A stretch of DNA of 64,000 bases from Patescibacteria group bacterium (GCA_041658785.1 JBAZZL010000002.1:1714-65713), one strand, 5' to 3'; positions 38,874 to 49,316 are shown, counted from the first letter of the stretch. Made by a program: numbers and translations. Notes: generated by a model from the sequence alone, not told the origin.

Positions 38874-40160
38874 TTACCCTCGACTCGTCTTAATTTCAAT
38901 CATTTTTTCCACCCGCCTGATATCAGCCAACAAATCCGAGCGCTTTTTATTGAATAACACTAGATCGCAAACCGCCTTGCCGCCATGCTTGGCAAATCGG
39001 CACCGATCCCCAATTTTGCGATAAATTTTTATATCTATAAAAGATTTCAAATCTTGCGCCTTCTTAATTCCTCGCAGACTAACCAATCTTCCTTCTTTCT
39101 TAGCATAAAACTTCAAAGCCGCGGCGTATCCTTTGACTTTTTTTGAAATTATGGGTTTCTGGGGAATTCTTATTAAAACATCATTCAGACAATGATCTAT
39201 GTTATAAGAGAGCCGATACATCTCGGCGCGAAAACCGCCGATGCGCGGACCTATTTCAATTATTTTCCATCCATCGTTCGTTTTGATTAGTTCAATATGC
39301 GCTGTGCTGCTGCGCAATCCCAAAGCATAAATCGCTTTTTTCGCTACCTCTTCGGCTTTGGCGACGCTTTCCTTGTTCAAAGTCGTGGGAGTAATTCTTT
39401 TGTAACAAAAAAAATCATCAATGCCGATTGATTGTCCGGTGGTGAAATGCACCAAAGGGCAAAAATACACCTTACCGCGAGAACTAACATAAGCATCCAC
39501 CGAATACGTCTCTCCTTCCATCATTTGCTCTACCAAAATTTTTGGAACAATCTCTCTTTTATTATCTTTATAAATTTTTTTAATCTGGCGAAATATTTTT
39601 TTTAAATTCGCCGCCAGTTCCTCTTCGTGATAGCAAACAGTTACAAGCAGGCTCGCCGCGAGCCCCGCCGGCTTCATGATCAAAGGAAAGCCGACTTTAT
39701 CTTTTATTTTCTTGATTGAATTCTTACCTTTGCCGCTCACAATCGTAAACTTGGGAGCGATCTTTTTGTCATAAGCCCGAAACATCCGGCGCATATAAAT
39801 TTTGTCGGTTGACCAGAGTATTGACTGAACTGTCGGAGTTTTCAAATACGGCACGTGCGGAATCACTTTGATGAAAGCCGCCATGTTGCTTTCACCGCGG
39901 CAAGTAATCGCTAAAAATTCTCTTTGATAATGAACAAGCATCTTTTTAATCTCCAACGGTTTATCAAGATCGCCGGAAAATAAAATATCCACCCCGCGAT
40001 CGTCGGCTTTTTTTTTCCAGTCTTTTTTTTTGGCATCGCGAATCACTCCGATTCGAATTCTTTGCTTGGTTTTCCGAGCGTATTGTTTGATACTTTCAAT
40101 CGAACCTGCCGAGGCGCTATTGATAAATAATATTATATTCTTATTATTCATAATAAACAA
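38874..40160 (-). CDS. ATP-grasp domain protein (carboxylate-amine ligase-like)
   Basis: ATP-grasp B/C-domain motifs (KP..G..S.GV, E.IEI). Confidence 0.55.
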   Translation of the reverse strand: MFIMNNKNIILFINSASAGSIESIKQYARKTKQRIRIGVIRDAKKKDWKKKADDRGVDILFSGDLDKPLEIKKMLVHYQREFLAITCRGESNMAAFIKVIPHVPYLKTPTVQSILWSTDKIYMRRMFRAYDKKIAPKFTIVSGKGKNSIKKIKDKVGFPLIMKPAGLAASLLVTVCYHEEELAANLKKIFRQIKKIYKDNKREIVPKILVEQMMEGETYSVDAYVSSRGKVYFCPLVHFTTGQSIGIDDFFCYKRITPTTLNKESVAKAEEVAKKAIYALGLRSSTAHIELIKTNDGWKIIEIGPRIGGFRAEMYRLSYNIDHCLNDVLIRIPQKPIISKKVKGYAAALKFYAKKEGRLVSLRGIKKAQDLKSFIDIKIYRKIGDRCRFAKHGGKAVCDLVLFNKKRSDLLADIRRVEKMIEIKTSRG

Positions 40161-40260
40161 AAATCCAATCCTATTCCATAATATAGATATAAAAAATTAT
40201 CTTTTTTAACGCTATTATTGTATAATACCTACCGCTAAAAAGCAATCTAATTTTAACCTT

Positions 40261-41211
40261 ATGCCTATGGCCAAAAGAACCAAAATCATCCTAGGAATAG
40301 CGATTGTTGTCATCGCTATAATCATTGTTGCCTTCATTCGCGTTTTCAAAGACCCGATTGAGATCAGCAGTTCTGGCTATATTGGAGGCGTATCTGTAGA
40401 CGGAGCGTCACCTCCTCCCGCTGATATGGTTTTTTCCAAAAGAGTCTCGCTAACTGCGGAAGAAAGCATGGCCTCTCCCCAAATCGCGCCAGGTTCTTCT
40501 GGCAATGGCGCTGACCAAAGCATTGACCGCTTGGTAATAAAAACCGGCCGGTTTTCTATTGTGGTAAAAGAAGTAAGGGAAGCGGCGCAAGCAGTAAATG
40601 ATTATGCTATTCAAAAAGGCGGTTTTGTGGTTTCAAGCGATATTTCCCAAACCGGACTGGCTCCTTACGCCACCGTGGTTATTCGCGTACCAGTCAAAGT
40701 ATTTGACGAAGGCGTGGGAGAAATTAAGAATTTAGGCGAAGTGGAAAGCGAATATATTGAAGGTCAGGATGTTACTGAGGAATTTGTGGATCTTGACGCC
40801 AGATTAAAAAACCTGCGCGCCACTGAAAATCAATATCTGGAAATCATGAAAAAGGCGATAAAAATTGAAGATATTTTACAAGTGCAAAATTATCTTTCAG
40901 CCGTAAGAGCAGAAATTGAAAGCCTCCAAGGCCGGATGAAATATCTGCGGGAAAGCGCGGACATGTCTACTTTGACTGTTTACCTCTCCACCGATCCCGA
41001 AGTTCTGCCAATAGTGGACAGCCAAGACAAGTGGAAACCGTGGAGCGAAGTAAAAACAGCAGCGAGAAGCTTGCTTGGGTTGGGTAAGGGATTAAGCTAT
41101 TTAATTATCTGGTTTGTGATATATATTCCGCTTTGGGCATTTGTCGGGCTGGTGATCTCGCTGGTGTACAGGAATATGAAGAAAAGAAAAGAGAAAAAAA
41201 TAAATCTCTAA
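40261..41211 (+). CDS. DUF4349 domain membrane protein
   Basis: N-terminal TM. Core RFSIVVKEV..A. Coiled coil. C-terminal TM. Confidence 0.65.
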   Translation: MPMAKRTKIILGIAIVVIAIIIVAFIRVFKDPIEISSSGYIGGVSVDGASPPPADMVFSKRVSLTAEESMASPQIAPGSSGNGADQSIDRLVIKTGRFSIVVKEVREAAQAVNDYAIQKGGFVVSSDISQTGLAPYATVVIRVPVKVFDEGVGEIKNLGEVESEYIEGQDVTEEFVDLDARLKNLRATENQYLEIMKKAIKIEDILQVQNYLSAVRAEIESLQGRMKYLRESADMSTLTVYLSTDPEVLPIVDSQDKWKPWSEVKTAARSLLGLGKGLSYLIIWFVIYIPLWAFVGLVISLVYRNMKKRKEKKINL

Positions 41212-41504
41212 TATTGGTTCCCGCAGGTAGAAATTAAACCTGTGATGCTCGCGTTAATTCCGATAATGGCTCCGAAGGCTGAACGAAATCCAAACTTTTT
41301 TTCGCGAAAATCCGAACGTTGAATTTTGAAAAATTTTTAATCGACCTGCTCTATAATCACCACATAATTTTTGCCATATTTCTTGGCGCACTTGGGGCAA
41401 GTGTTTTTTCAATCAGCAGGCGCAAAATCTCTATACAATGAAAAAGCCTGCTGATAAATCATATCCAAGACACCCTCAATAACTGCGTAACTAAATCCAT
41501 TCCT

Positions 41505-41534
41505 CAACAACAACAGCAACAACAGCAACAACAA
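41505..41534. repeat. (CAA/CAG)n trinucleotide microsatellite
   Basis: caacaacaacagcaacaacagcaacaacaa. Confidence 0.7.
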
Positions 41535-41574
41535 TTTAACGTTCGCTCGGAGCCGCGACTTCAGCACTTCATTA

Positions 41575-41760
41575 CTTCTGCCAAAAATTTCTCGTCAAAT
41601 ATGGAAATCTCCGGTTTGGCTTTGTCCTTCATGGCAAAAATATAGATCACTCCTTCGGCGGAAATGCTCTGAGAAACTAATTTGCGAATGGCCGACTCAA
41701 TTTCCGGTCCAATCTCGCCGCCAGCAGTAACTATCCTTAACCTTCTAACATCTTTTGATT
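41575..41760 (-). pseudogene. possible relic of type I restriction enzyme HsdR C-terminal region
   Basis: Minus-frame translation ...IGPEIESAIRKLVSQSISAEGVIYIFAMKDKAKPEISIFDEKFLAEVMKC* resembles the HsdR C-terminal ..DDEFLAEV.. segment. Only about 60 codons survive, with no start. Confidence 0.3.
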
Positions 41761-42678
41761 ATACTTCGCCAATTCCAAACGAACTTTCCGCTCCATTTCT
41801 TTATGCGAAACATCGCCGGCACTACCCAAAATCTCTTTATCATTCAAAATCAAAAAGCCGTCAAGTTTTTTTATCCAGTCCTTCATATACATTACTCTTT
41901 GTTCCACGCTCTGCAATTCAGCGAAAGAAAGAAACTGTTCCACCAATAAATTTAATCGCTTTAACTCCAACTCCTCTAAATAATTTTTGGCGATTTCGGC
42001 CTGCTCGCGGGTGATAATTTCACCCTTCCAATTTGTTAAACCCAGATTATCTTTTCGGCTATCAACCCTGCTGTGGACAATTTCCGCCGCAGTTAAACCG
42101 GTAATCGCGTAATGAAATTTATTCTGCACAATAGCAAAGAATTGCTTGGCGTAATCCAATTTTGGATTATAATCCGCACTCAAAGCAAACACATCTTTCA
42201 CTTTTTGATAAAAATTGGCTTCGGAGGTTCTAATTTTGCGAATGCGCTCTTCCAATTCTTGAAAGTACGGCTTGGCCACTCGCCCGCTCTCCAAACGCTC
42301 ATCATCCATGACAAAACCCTTAATTATATACTCTTTCAACTTTTGGGTGGCCCAAATACGAAATTGCGTGCCACGCAAAGAATTGATCCGATATCCAACA
42401 GAAATTATCGCGTCCAAATTGTAGTGTTTAACAAGGTAATTTTTACCGTCGGCGGCAGTTACCGAGTATTCCTCGGCAACTGAATTTTCGCTAAGTTCGG
42501 CTTCTTTAAATACATTCTTCAAATGCAAACTGATATTATCGGCGCTACAATCAAAAAGCTCGGCCATTTGCTTTTGCGAAAGCCAAACGGTTTCATTTTC
42601 CATCTTTACTTCAATCTTTGTCTGCCCGTCTTCGGTGTTGTAGATGATGATTTGGTTGTTTTTATTTGGGGCGTGCAT
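41737..42678 (-). CDS. rhuM: RhuM-family protein (virulence/RM-associated DNA-binding protein)
   Basis: Characteristic N-terminus IIYNTEDGQTKIEVKMENETVWLSQKQMAELF. 313 aa. Confidence 0.7.
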   Translation of the reverse strand: MHAPNKNNQIIIYNTEDGQTKIEVKMENETVWLSQKQMAELFDCSADNISLHLKNVFKEAELSENSVAEEYSVTAADGKNYLVKHYNLDAIISVGYRINSLRGTQFRIWATQKLKEYIIKGFVMDDERLESGRVAKPYFQELEERIRKIRTSEANFYQKVKDVFALSADYNPKLDYAKQFFAIVQNKFHYAITGLTAAEIVHSRVDSRKDNLGLTNWKGEIITREQAEIAKNYLEELELKRLNLLVEQFLSFAELQSVEQRVMYMKDWIKKLDGFLILNDKEILGSAGDVSHKEMERKVRLELAKYNQKMLEG

Positions 42679-42743
42679 AAATCACTTCTTACTTTCAACG
42701 TCGACGGAATTTGTGCCAGCGTTAGCTAGTGCGCCGCTTAAAA

Positions 42744-43910
42744 TTATTTTGCCGTCCAATTTCCAGCTTCGTCAAAATTTTGTGATCGTTTGAAACCGCA
42801 AGCATTCCAAATTAGGTCAAACATCGGACGCAAAATATCTTTTGGCTCTGTATTGTATGATTCGATAATTGTTTCCGGCAATTGTAAAATATCTCGATCA
42901 ATTTTGTAATGATCATGATGCCAAAATATTTCGTCAACGCCCATTTCCCAATCTTTAACCCAAATCAGTGTCAAAAAAATAACAATCGGCATATTAACGC
43001 CAAGCTGTTTTGCTAAATTCAAATATTCCGCCAACGATTTTATCAACTCCAACTCATAGGTAAAACTTGGAATAATTTTTTTCTCTCTATCTGCTCTTAA
43101 TATTAAACCTTCAACAGCCTCAATAATTCCATTTCGGTATAACTGAATGTATGAATGGGATTTATCGTTTTTTCCACCAGAATAAGACAAAACGCCTTCA
43201 AGATTAATCCGATGGCTCAAGCCGGAAGCGTATATCGGCTGTAATTTTGCAGGTACATTTATTATCGGGTTCAAATCAATGCTATGATTCGGACTAAAGG
43301 ATCCTAATGGTATGAGATGTAAAACGATTTTACCGCCCTCGTAAAATGGAAGCGGTAAATTATCAGCAACAAGTTGGGCAATTCTTTCTACTTTGAATTT
43401 ATTTATTTGCTCGGTTAGTGTTTGAGAAAGATTAAAAGCATTTTTTAATTCGTTCGTATCCAGCGCGTATTTTCCGGCGGAATTTCTTGAATAAAATTTG
43501 TCATGTCCTTTGTAAATAACGCGGTGCGGTCCCGCCCAGCTTCTATTTATTCGGAATATAAAAACATTCTTTTTGTCGGAAACATTGACGGTTCGTGTCG
43601 CAAAAATAATTCTCGGCTCAATTCCGTCTCGAATAATGTTTTCATATTTTCTGATTTCCTCATCAACATTTTCTATTTCCACGCCATCAATACTTTTCGG
43701 ACTTCCGTTTTCTTCCGAAATGCCGAAAATCAAATCCCCGCCGGAAGCATTAGCAAAAGATGAAATATCAGCCAAAAATTCTTTTCTGTCTGCGTCGGAA
43801 TTACTCGGTAATAATTTTTTATATTCAATTGTTTTGCCTTCTAAAACAGCGTTGCTTCGCAACTGCTCTAAATCATTAAATTCAATTTTATCAAGATGTT
43901 TATTTATCAT
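42744..43910 (-). CDS. AlbA_2/Schlafen-like putative DNA-binding domain protein
   Basis: E..IEYKK....L...ISSFANASGGDLIFGI matches the AlbA_2 signature. Sits between rhuM and hsdS. Confidence 0.55.
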   Translation of the reverse strand: MINKHLDKIEFNDLEQLRSNAVLEGKTIEYKKLLPSNSDADRKEFLADISSFANASGGDLIFGISEENGSPKSIDGVEIENVDEEIRKYENIIRDGIEPRIIFATRTVNVSDKKNVFIFRINRSWAGPHRVIYKGHDKFYSRNSAGKYALDTNELKNAFNLSQTLTEQINKFKVERIAQLVADNLPLPFYEGGKIVLHLIPLGSFSPNHSIDLNPIINVPAKLQPIYASGLSHRINLEGVLSYSGGKNDKSHSYIQLYRNGIIEAVEGLILRADREKKIIPSFTYELELIKSLAEYLNLAKQLGVNMPIVIFLTLIWVKDWEMGVDEIFWHHDHYKIDRDILQLPETIIESYNTEPKDILRPMFDLIWNACGFKRSQNFDEAGNWTAK

Positions 43911-43914
43911 AAAA

Positions 43915-45276
43915 TTACCCTAAAATCATTTGTTCTATTTCTTTTTGCGCTCCGGCGACAGTGCTTTCCGCTTCTTGCCGCAAGCGTTTTACTTTTTTAT
44001 AAATTGTATTTACGCCAGCGATAATTTTTTCTTGTTTTTCAACGCTGGGCAATGGCACGACTAATTTTTTCAATGCGTCATAATCCAACGCTGGGCGCGT
44101 GCCACCCGTTGTGGAGCGGAAAGATAATTCACGACCAATTTTTGTATTGAAAAAAGACGCTACATATTCGGGCAATATCTTTGTTTTCCCCACTTCGTTT
44201 TGCAAGTGAAAACGGACAGAGTGCTGATTGATATTTCCCTCAAAATTATCTGGCACAACTGCAACGCTTCCAATTCTTCCCGTGATAGTAAAAATTAAAT
44301 CGTCTTTTTTCAACTGCGAACGCTTAAGCATTGTTTCGTGAATTTCTGGTTTGATAAATTTTACATCGTCAAGTTTTATTCCCATTTCCGTAATATTCTG
44401 TACTCGCAAGAATGGCACGCCGCCCTCGTCCGAATAATAATCACCCGTAACTTTTGGCGTTGCTCCACCGGACATATCGGCTATGGCTTGGCCAAGCGCA
44501 AAGTGTTTTTTATTTTTAATCTGCTCCAATAAACTACGCAGGTATGGTTTGTAAAATAAAGCGTCAATACGACCCTCAATTTCATCGCTCCAAATCTGAA
44601 ATACCCGCTCTGCCCCCCCCCGCGGCATATCTATACCAAGCTCGCCCAAAACAAAATCGTCAATTGAGGACAAAATTTTCAAAATTTCCGCTTGTTTCTT
44701 TTTCTTTTGTTCGTATGCTTCTTGAATTTTCTTGACGACTTCGTTTTGAACCGAAAGAGGCGGAATGGGAATATCAAAATTCTTTATTGTTTCAATTGTT
44801 ATATTTCCTTGAATTGCGCCGATTTTTTCGCGCTCAATCAATTTTCGGCTCGCTTCACTGTTTAGCCACGCGGAAATATATTGTTTGTTGATTTTGGTAT
44901 TAAGACAAAACTTAATCATAAAAGAGCCGAAGGCAAATCCTTCCGCCTCTTTCGGAACGACAACGACAATACCAACCGAGCCGCTTCTTGAAATAAGTAG
45001 GTCGCCCTCGTGAACAATCGCTTTTCCTACTTCTTTGCGTTGTTCTTCGGACAAATAAACAACATCGCCCACATCAATCCCGTCATTTTTCAAATTGAGA
45101 ATACGCAAAAACGGTATTCCAAAATCAACATAATCGTTTGCCGTAGAAAGTCCGTAGCGAATATCGGTAATAAAATCGCCGAGTTTTTGCGATTTATATT
45201 TCCCGTTTTGAATCGCTTTTTGAAGCTCGCGGATTGCCGGTAACCAATATTTCGCGTCAAGCCGTCCGCCGCTCAA
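43915..45276 (-). CDS. hsdS: type I (or IIB-like) restriction-modification specificity subunit HsdS, two target-recognition domains
   Basis: LLISRSGSVG and TITGRIGSVAVV TRD cores. Central and C-terminal conserved helices. TTG start. Confidence 0.8.
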   Translation of the reverse strand: MSGGRLDAKYWLPAIRELQKAIQNGKYKSQKLGDFITDIRYGLSTANDYVDFGIPFLRILNLKNDGIDVGDVVYLSEEQRKEVGKAIVHEGDLLISRSGSVGIVVVVPKEAEGFAFGSFMIKFCLNTKINKQYISAWLNSEASRKLIEREKIGAIQGNITIETIKNFDIPIPPLSVQNEVVKKIQEAYEQKKKKQAEILKILSSIDDFVLGELGIDMPRGGAERVFQIWSDEIEGRIDALFYKPYLRSLLEQIKNKKHFALGQAIADMSGGATPKVTGDYYSDEGGVPFLRVQNITEMGIKLDDVKFIKPEIHETMLKRSQLKKDDLIFTITGRIGSVAVVPDNFEGNINQHSVRFHLQNEVGKTKILPEYVASFFNTKIGRELSFRSTTGGTRPALDYDALKKLVVPLPSVEKQEKIIAGVNTIYKKVKRLRQEAESTVAGAQKEIEQMILG

Positions 45277-46426
45277 AACATCGCCGCTCCAAGTTGTAAA
45301 AATTTCGAGCGAAGCCGAGCTCTTTTTGCTTTCTCACTTCATCAAGAGCGTGCAAAAGAAATCCGCCCGAACCGCAAGCGGGGTCAAGCACAAGATCGTC
45401 ATTTTTTATATTCATCATCTTGACGGCGAAGCTCACAATTTCGCGCGGAGTAAAGTATTGTCCGCTTTTGCCCTTGAAAAAATCCTCCATAAACTGCTCA
45501 AAAGCAACGCCTTTTGTATCAAGATCGGTTTTATTGAGCGACACGCTTTGCAAGTGTTCAACGACGGTATAAAGCTCCTCTGGCTCGATTTTCAAACTTT
45601 CCTTAAACACTTCGGGGTCTTTTTCTTTCGCTTCAAGATAAATTTCGTTTATGCGCCGATAAACGCTTTCGGCTTTTTCGTGCGTCTTGATTTGAAAATC
45701 GTAATACTCGCCGGTTTTTCGTCCGCGCTTTTCGTCGCGAATTTTTACGAAAATGATTTTGCAAAGTTCGTCAAAAGCAACGGTTGGATTTCTTTTGCCA
45801 CCAGCCCAAAGCGTATTATGGGATTTTTCAAGGGCGCGTTTTAATTCTGATTTATCAAGCACTTTCAAATCCCAGTCCGGATCGCCTTTTTTGTAACGAA
45901 ACTCCTCAATCTTTCCGTAAGAAATAGGAATATCGGTAATGGTCGCTTTTTCCGGTTCTTTGTCGTTCCATTCGGCGGTTTCCATTGCTCGGCGAGTATT
46001 GCCCGCAACGCAAATCGCAAGCGGGGCGTGAAGCACGCGAGCGTTAGCGATTGCCTGTTTGGTGGCTTGCTCAAATTCCGCGTCGGAAATGCCGTCTTTT
46101 TTACACTCAACGACGATATAAGGTCTCTTTTTTGCGTCATCCTCATAAATAACTATGTCCGCGTAGCGTTCCGGCGTCCGGTCCGGCATCTCTATTTCAA
46201 GCTCAATCCGTTTTGCCGGATAGTGATATTTTTCAATCAGGTCAAAATAATATTCGGCGCGGACTTTTTCTTCGGGATCAGTAAAATTATATTTTTTACC
46301 AGAAGCCGAATATTTAATTTTACTGCCATCAAACACAAAGTACCCTCTGTTTTCACCAATTTCTAAATAATCATTAAAACTACTCGTGCCCCCATCTTGT
46401 TGTGGTTTATAGATTGTGTCAGTCAT
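45257..46426 (-). pseudogene. truncated RM subunit: N-terminal PD-(D/E)xK nuclease-like domain fused to an N6-adenine MTase that stops just after motif I
   Basis: D..IVIY...IVVECKK nuclease-like motif. MTase motif X QYFTPREIV and motif I LDPACGSGGFL are present. The ORF ends about 30 aa later, with no NPPF/NPPY motif IV, and overlaps hsdS. Confidence 0.55.
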
Positions 46427-46481
46427 ATTTTATTTATAATCCCAATTTTCCCCGTCAGCTTGCTGCGGGGTCGTCGTTTCA

Positions 46482-46733
46482 TTAATACACCTCCTGCCGA
46501 TGCCCAATTTTAACCACGATCACCAACAGCTCGTGTTTATAAATTTTATAAATAATTCGGTACGGCCAAACCCGCACGGAATATTCTCCGGCGTGCTCGC
46601 CTGTCAGCTTTTTACCCTGAAACGGATCTTGCCCCAATAATTTCAGCGCCAAAGCGACGCGGATTCGGTATCGGGAATCAATTCTGGCGAGATCTTTTTG
46701 CGCTTTTTTTGGGAGAACCACGGCGTACGCCAT
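46482..46733 (-). CDS. relE: RelE/StbE-family type II toxin (start at MAYAVV)
   Basis: YRIIYKIY..ELLVIVVKIGHRQEVY C-terminal signature. Confidence 0.7.
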   Translation of the reverse strand: MAYAVVLPKKAQKDLARIDSRYRIRVALALKLLGQDPFQGKKLTGEHAGEYSVRVWPYRIIYKIYKHELLVIVVKIGHRQEVY

Positions 46734-47037
46734 ACTTCTTTTTACCTTTATCGGCGATGAGAAAACCCTCTTTGGCCAGGTATTCGTCCAAAGTGATGTA
46801 ATCGCCTTTTTTATAATCCCTCTCCGCTTCTTCAATATCCTTTTTCAAATCCGGAAAGTCCTTCATCACCTCCAGCGTTTCTACCCACGATTCAAATTCT
46901 TCGGCCGACATCATTACCGCTTTGGGGCGGCCTTTTTCCGTCAGGGTATAATAAACCCCCGGCTTTTGCACTTCTTTGGCCAGGTCAAAAATTCTTTTTC
47001 TCGCTTCGGATATCGGTAAAGTATTTCTGGTATTCAT
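46678..47037 (-). CDS. Phd/YefM-family antitoxin; C-terminal ~20 codons overlap the toxin start
   Basis: Phd/YefM core VYYTLTEKGRPKAVMMSAEEFESWVETLEV. T8 homopolymer at 46703-46711 lies inside the 56-nt overlap. Confidence 0.6.
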   Translation of the reverse strand: MNTRNTLPISEARKRIFDLAKEVQKPGVYYTLTEKGRPKAVMMSAEEFESWVETLEVMKDFPDLKKDIEEAERDYKKGDYITLDEYLAKEGFLIADKGKKKYGVRRGSPKKSAKRSRQN

Positions 47038-47102
47038 AAAAGTTTTTAAGTATTTATATGTACATAATAATGTACGCTACAAATTTTGTCAAGCCGATAT
47101 TA

Positions 47103-47765
47103 TCAACAATGCCCCAGCTTTTTTAAACTGGCGTAAGAACCATTTGACACAATCACATGATCCACAAGCTCAATCCCCAAAATTTTCCCCGCTTCGATCA
47201 AACGTTTGGTAATCTTAATATCTTCTTCCGACGGTTCCGTCTCTCCGGAAGGATGATTGTGCGCCACAATCACTTGCGCGGCCAAATGCCGGACTGCCGG
47301 CTCAAATACTTCGCGCGGATGAACGAGATTGGCATTAAGCGAACCGACCGAAACGATTTCACGCTTGATTTCTTGATTTCTGGAATCCAAAAAGAAAATT
47401 ACGAAATGCTCTTTTTTATGATCACGGATATCCTTGAGTTCGTCCCAAACATCCTTTGGCGATAGAATCAAAACTGATTGTTTGTTTTGCAAATGACGGC
47501 GACCAAGTTCGTAGCAGGCGACGATTTCGCACGCTTTCGCGCTACCAAGACCGAATGTATTTTTTAATTCTTTAACCGAGGCCTTGGCCAAACCAACGCC
47601 ACTGAATTTCCTTAAAATCTTACTGGATAATTCCACGACATTTATGCCTTCGCTTCCGGTGCGTAAAAGAATCGCCAAAAGTTCGGAATCCGAAAGCCGC
47701 TCGGGACCGTATTTTTCCAGCTTCTCCCGCGGCCGATCAATTTTGGGTAAGTCCTTTATTTTCAT
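47103..47765 (-). CDS. radC: RadC-family JAB/MPN domain protein
   Basis: HNHPSG..PS..D JAMM motif. N-terminal HhH region. Confidence 0.85.
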   Translation of the reverse strand: MKIKDLPKIDRPREKLEKYGPERLSDSELLAILLRTGSEGINVVELSSKILRKFSGVGLAKASVKELKNTFGLGSAKACEIVACYELGRRHLQNKQSVLILSPKDVWDELKDIRDHKKEHFVIFFLDSRNQEIKREIVSVGSLNANLVHPREVFEPAVRHLAAQVIVAHNHPSGETEPSEEDIKITKRLIEAGKILGIELVDHVIVSNGSYASLKKLGHC

Positions 47766-47800
47766 ACTTATTTATTTGGCGATTTCCTTTAACATCTATT

Positions 47801-48496
47801 TTATTTTTCACTTTCTGCTCTGGCTTTGAACAAAAAAATGGTTTCTGATTTTAATTTCGCACGCGCCCAATCTTTCTGTGGTTCGGATAATGACTCCCCT
47901 AAACCGACCAATAAATTGCGATCCGCCATTTTTTCAATCTGATCAACGCATTTTTGCAACGCTTCTTTGAAAGAAACACCGGATCGCCTTTTAACTATTT
48001 CCTTGTTAATCGGCCAATTATTTTTCAAAAAGTACCAGACATCATAAATATCGCGGCTAGTCTTTCCGATACGCTCTAACATCGCCATTAACTTATGGGC
48101 AAACATATCCTCGGGAATCATAACCAACATAGAAATACCCAATAGGGTCTTTACTTCAAACTTTGATCCGAAATCCCGTCTGTTAACTTCTATTTTGATG
48201 TTTTGTGATTTAGTGTCATACGAGATGACAATTAGCAAATTGAATTTTTTGATTTTTGAATCTATGACCTTGCCATAGCTCTCCGCAATTTTTTGGATTT
48301 TCTCAAAGACCATTTGCTCTTTGCTTTCATCCAATAAATCAAAATCCAAATCAAACGAATCTCTATTCAATCCATAGAACAAGTGAGCGGCCGTTCCGCC
48401 TTTGAATCCTAAATATGGAGAGATGGAAGTATTGGAATAAATATCCTTTAGGATTTGCAATAATATGTTTTTATGCTTGGAGTAATCAACGGTCAT
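47801..48496 (-). CDS. AbiEii/AbiGii-family nucleotidyltransferase toxin
   Basis: GGTAAHLFYGLNR.S.DLD nucleotidyltransferase motif of the AbiEii (DUF1814-like) family. Confidence 0.65.
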   Translation of the reverse strand: MTVDYSKHKNILLQILKDIYSNTSISPYLGFKGGTAAHLFYGLNRDSFDLDFDLLDESKEQMVFEKIQKIAESYGKVIDSKIKKFNLLIVISYDTKSQNIKIEVNRRDFGSKFEVKTLLGISMLVMIPEDMFAHKLMAMLERIGKTSRDIYDVWYFLKNNWPINKEIVKRRSGVSFKEALQKCVDQIEKMADRNLLVGLGESLSEPQKDWARAKLKSETIFLFKARAESEK

Positions 48497-49092
48497 ACGT
48501 TTGAATTTTTATAGTTTTTAAAATAATCATTAACCCTCTTTTCCATTTTTTTGTTATTGTAGATCGGCAAAATTTGAAACACCTTGTCCCAATTCAAGCC
48601 GTTTAAATTATCAAAATGATAGTCTTTGCTTATATATATCCTGTCCAAAAACGCTCTCTCTTTTGTAGCAACGGCTATGCCATTTTGATGTTCGATGCCA
48701 ATAGTGTTACTCAATACGTAATCCTTCATGCGGATTAAGGAAATTTTTTGTTCGGGAATTTCAATCTCTCGGGTCACATACGATGCGACAAAAATAGAAT
48801 CGTAGTACTGAAAATTAATTCCGGCACGGGTCAATACCGTTTCAAAGCTGATGTATGAGGGAGTATAAATGCGCGTCACCAATTCAAAACGATCATAATT
48901 TTTATCTTTGGCATATATGCCGCGCCGGACCCTGATTAATTTTCCAGCGTTAACATATTTAATTAATCGGCTGGCTACGGTCTGCTCTTTTTCTTCTCCC
49001 CACAACAAAGCCACGTCTTTTGTCGAAAAGACGGCCCGAGGAGATCGCAATAAGACCTCTAAATATTCACCTTTGGTGGGTTTTTTATCCAT
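48493..49092 (-). CDS. AbiEi-family antitoxin/transcriptional regulator (type IV TA)
   Basis: N-terminal wHTH. 4-bp overlap with the AbiEii gene. Size and order typical of AbiEi-AbiEii. Confidence 0.55.
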   Translation of the reverse strand: MDKKPTKGEYLEVLLRSPRAVFSTKDVALLWGEEKEQTVASRLIKYVNAGKLIRVRRGIYAKDKNYDRFELVTRIYTPSYISFETVLTRAGINFQYYDSIFVASYVTREIEIPEQKISLIRMKDYVLSNTIGIEHQNGIAVATKERAFLDRIYISKDYHFDNLNGLNWDKVFQILPIYNNKKMEKRVNDYFKNYKNSNV

Positions 49093-49316
49093 ATATAGAC
49101 TGGAATAAGCCTTAAAGGTTTGTTCCAGTTAAATTATATGCTAAAATGCAAATAAGCGCAAGATCCTTTGGATAATAAGCAAATTGCTACTAAGACTCGA
49201 ACCGCGTTTTGCTTTCGCAAAAGGTGGCGATTGAACCGAAAAAATCTTGGCAAATACTATACAATCTGCCTGCCGACCCCGCCGTGGCGGGGGAGGAAAA
49301 CTCGCAACATCCAATT

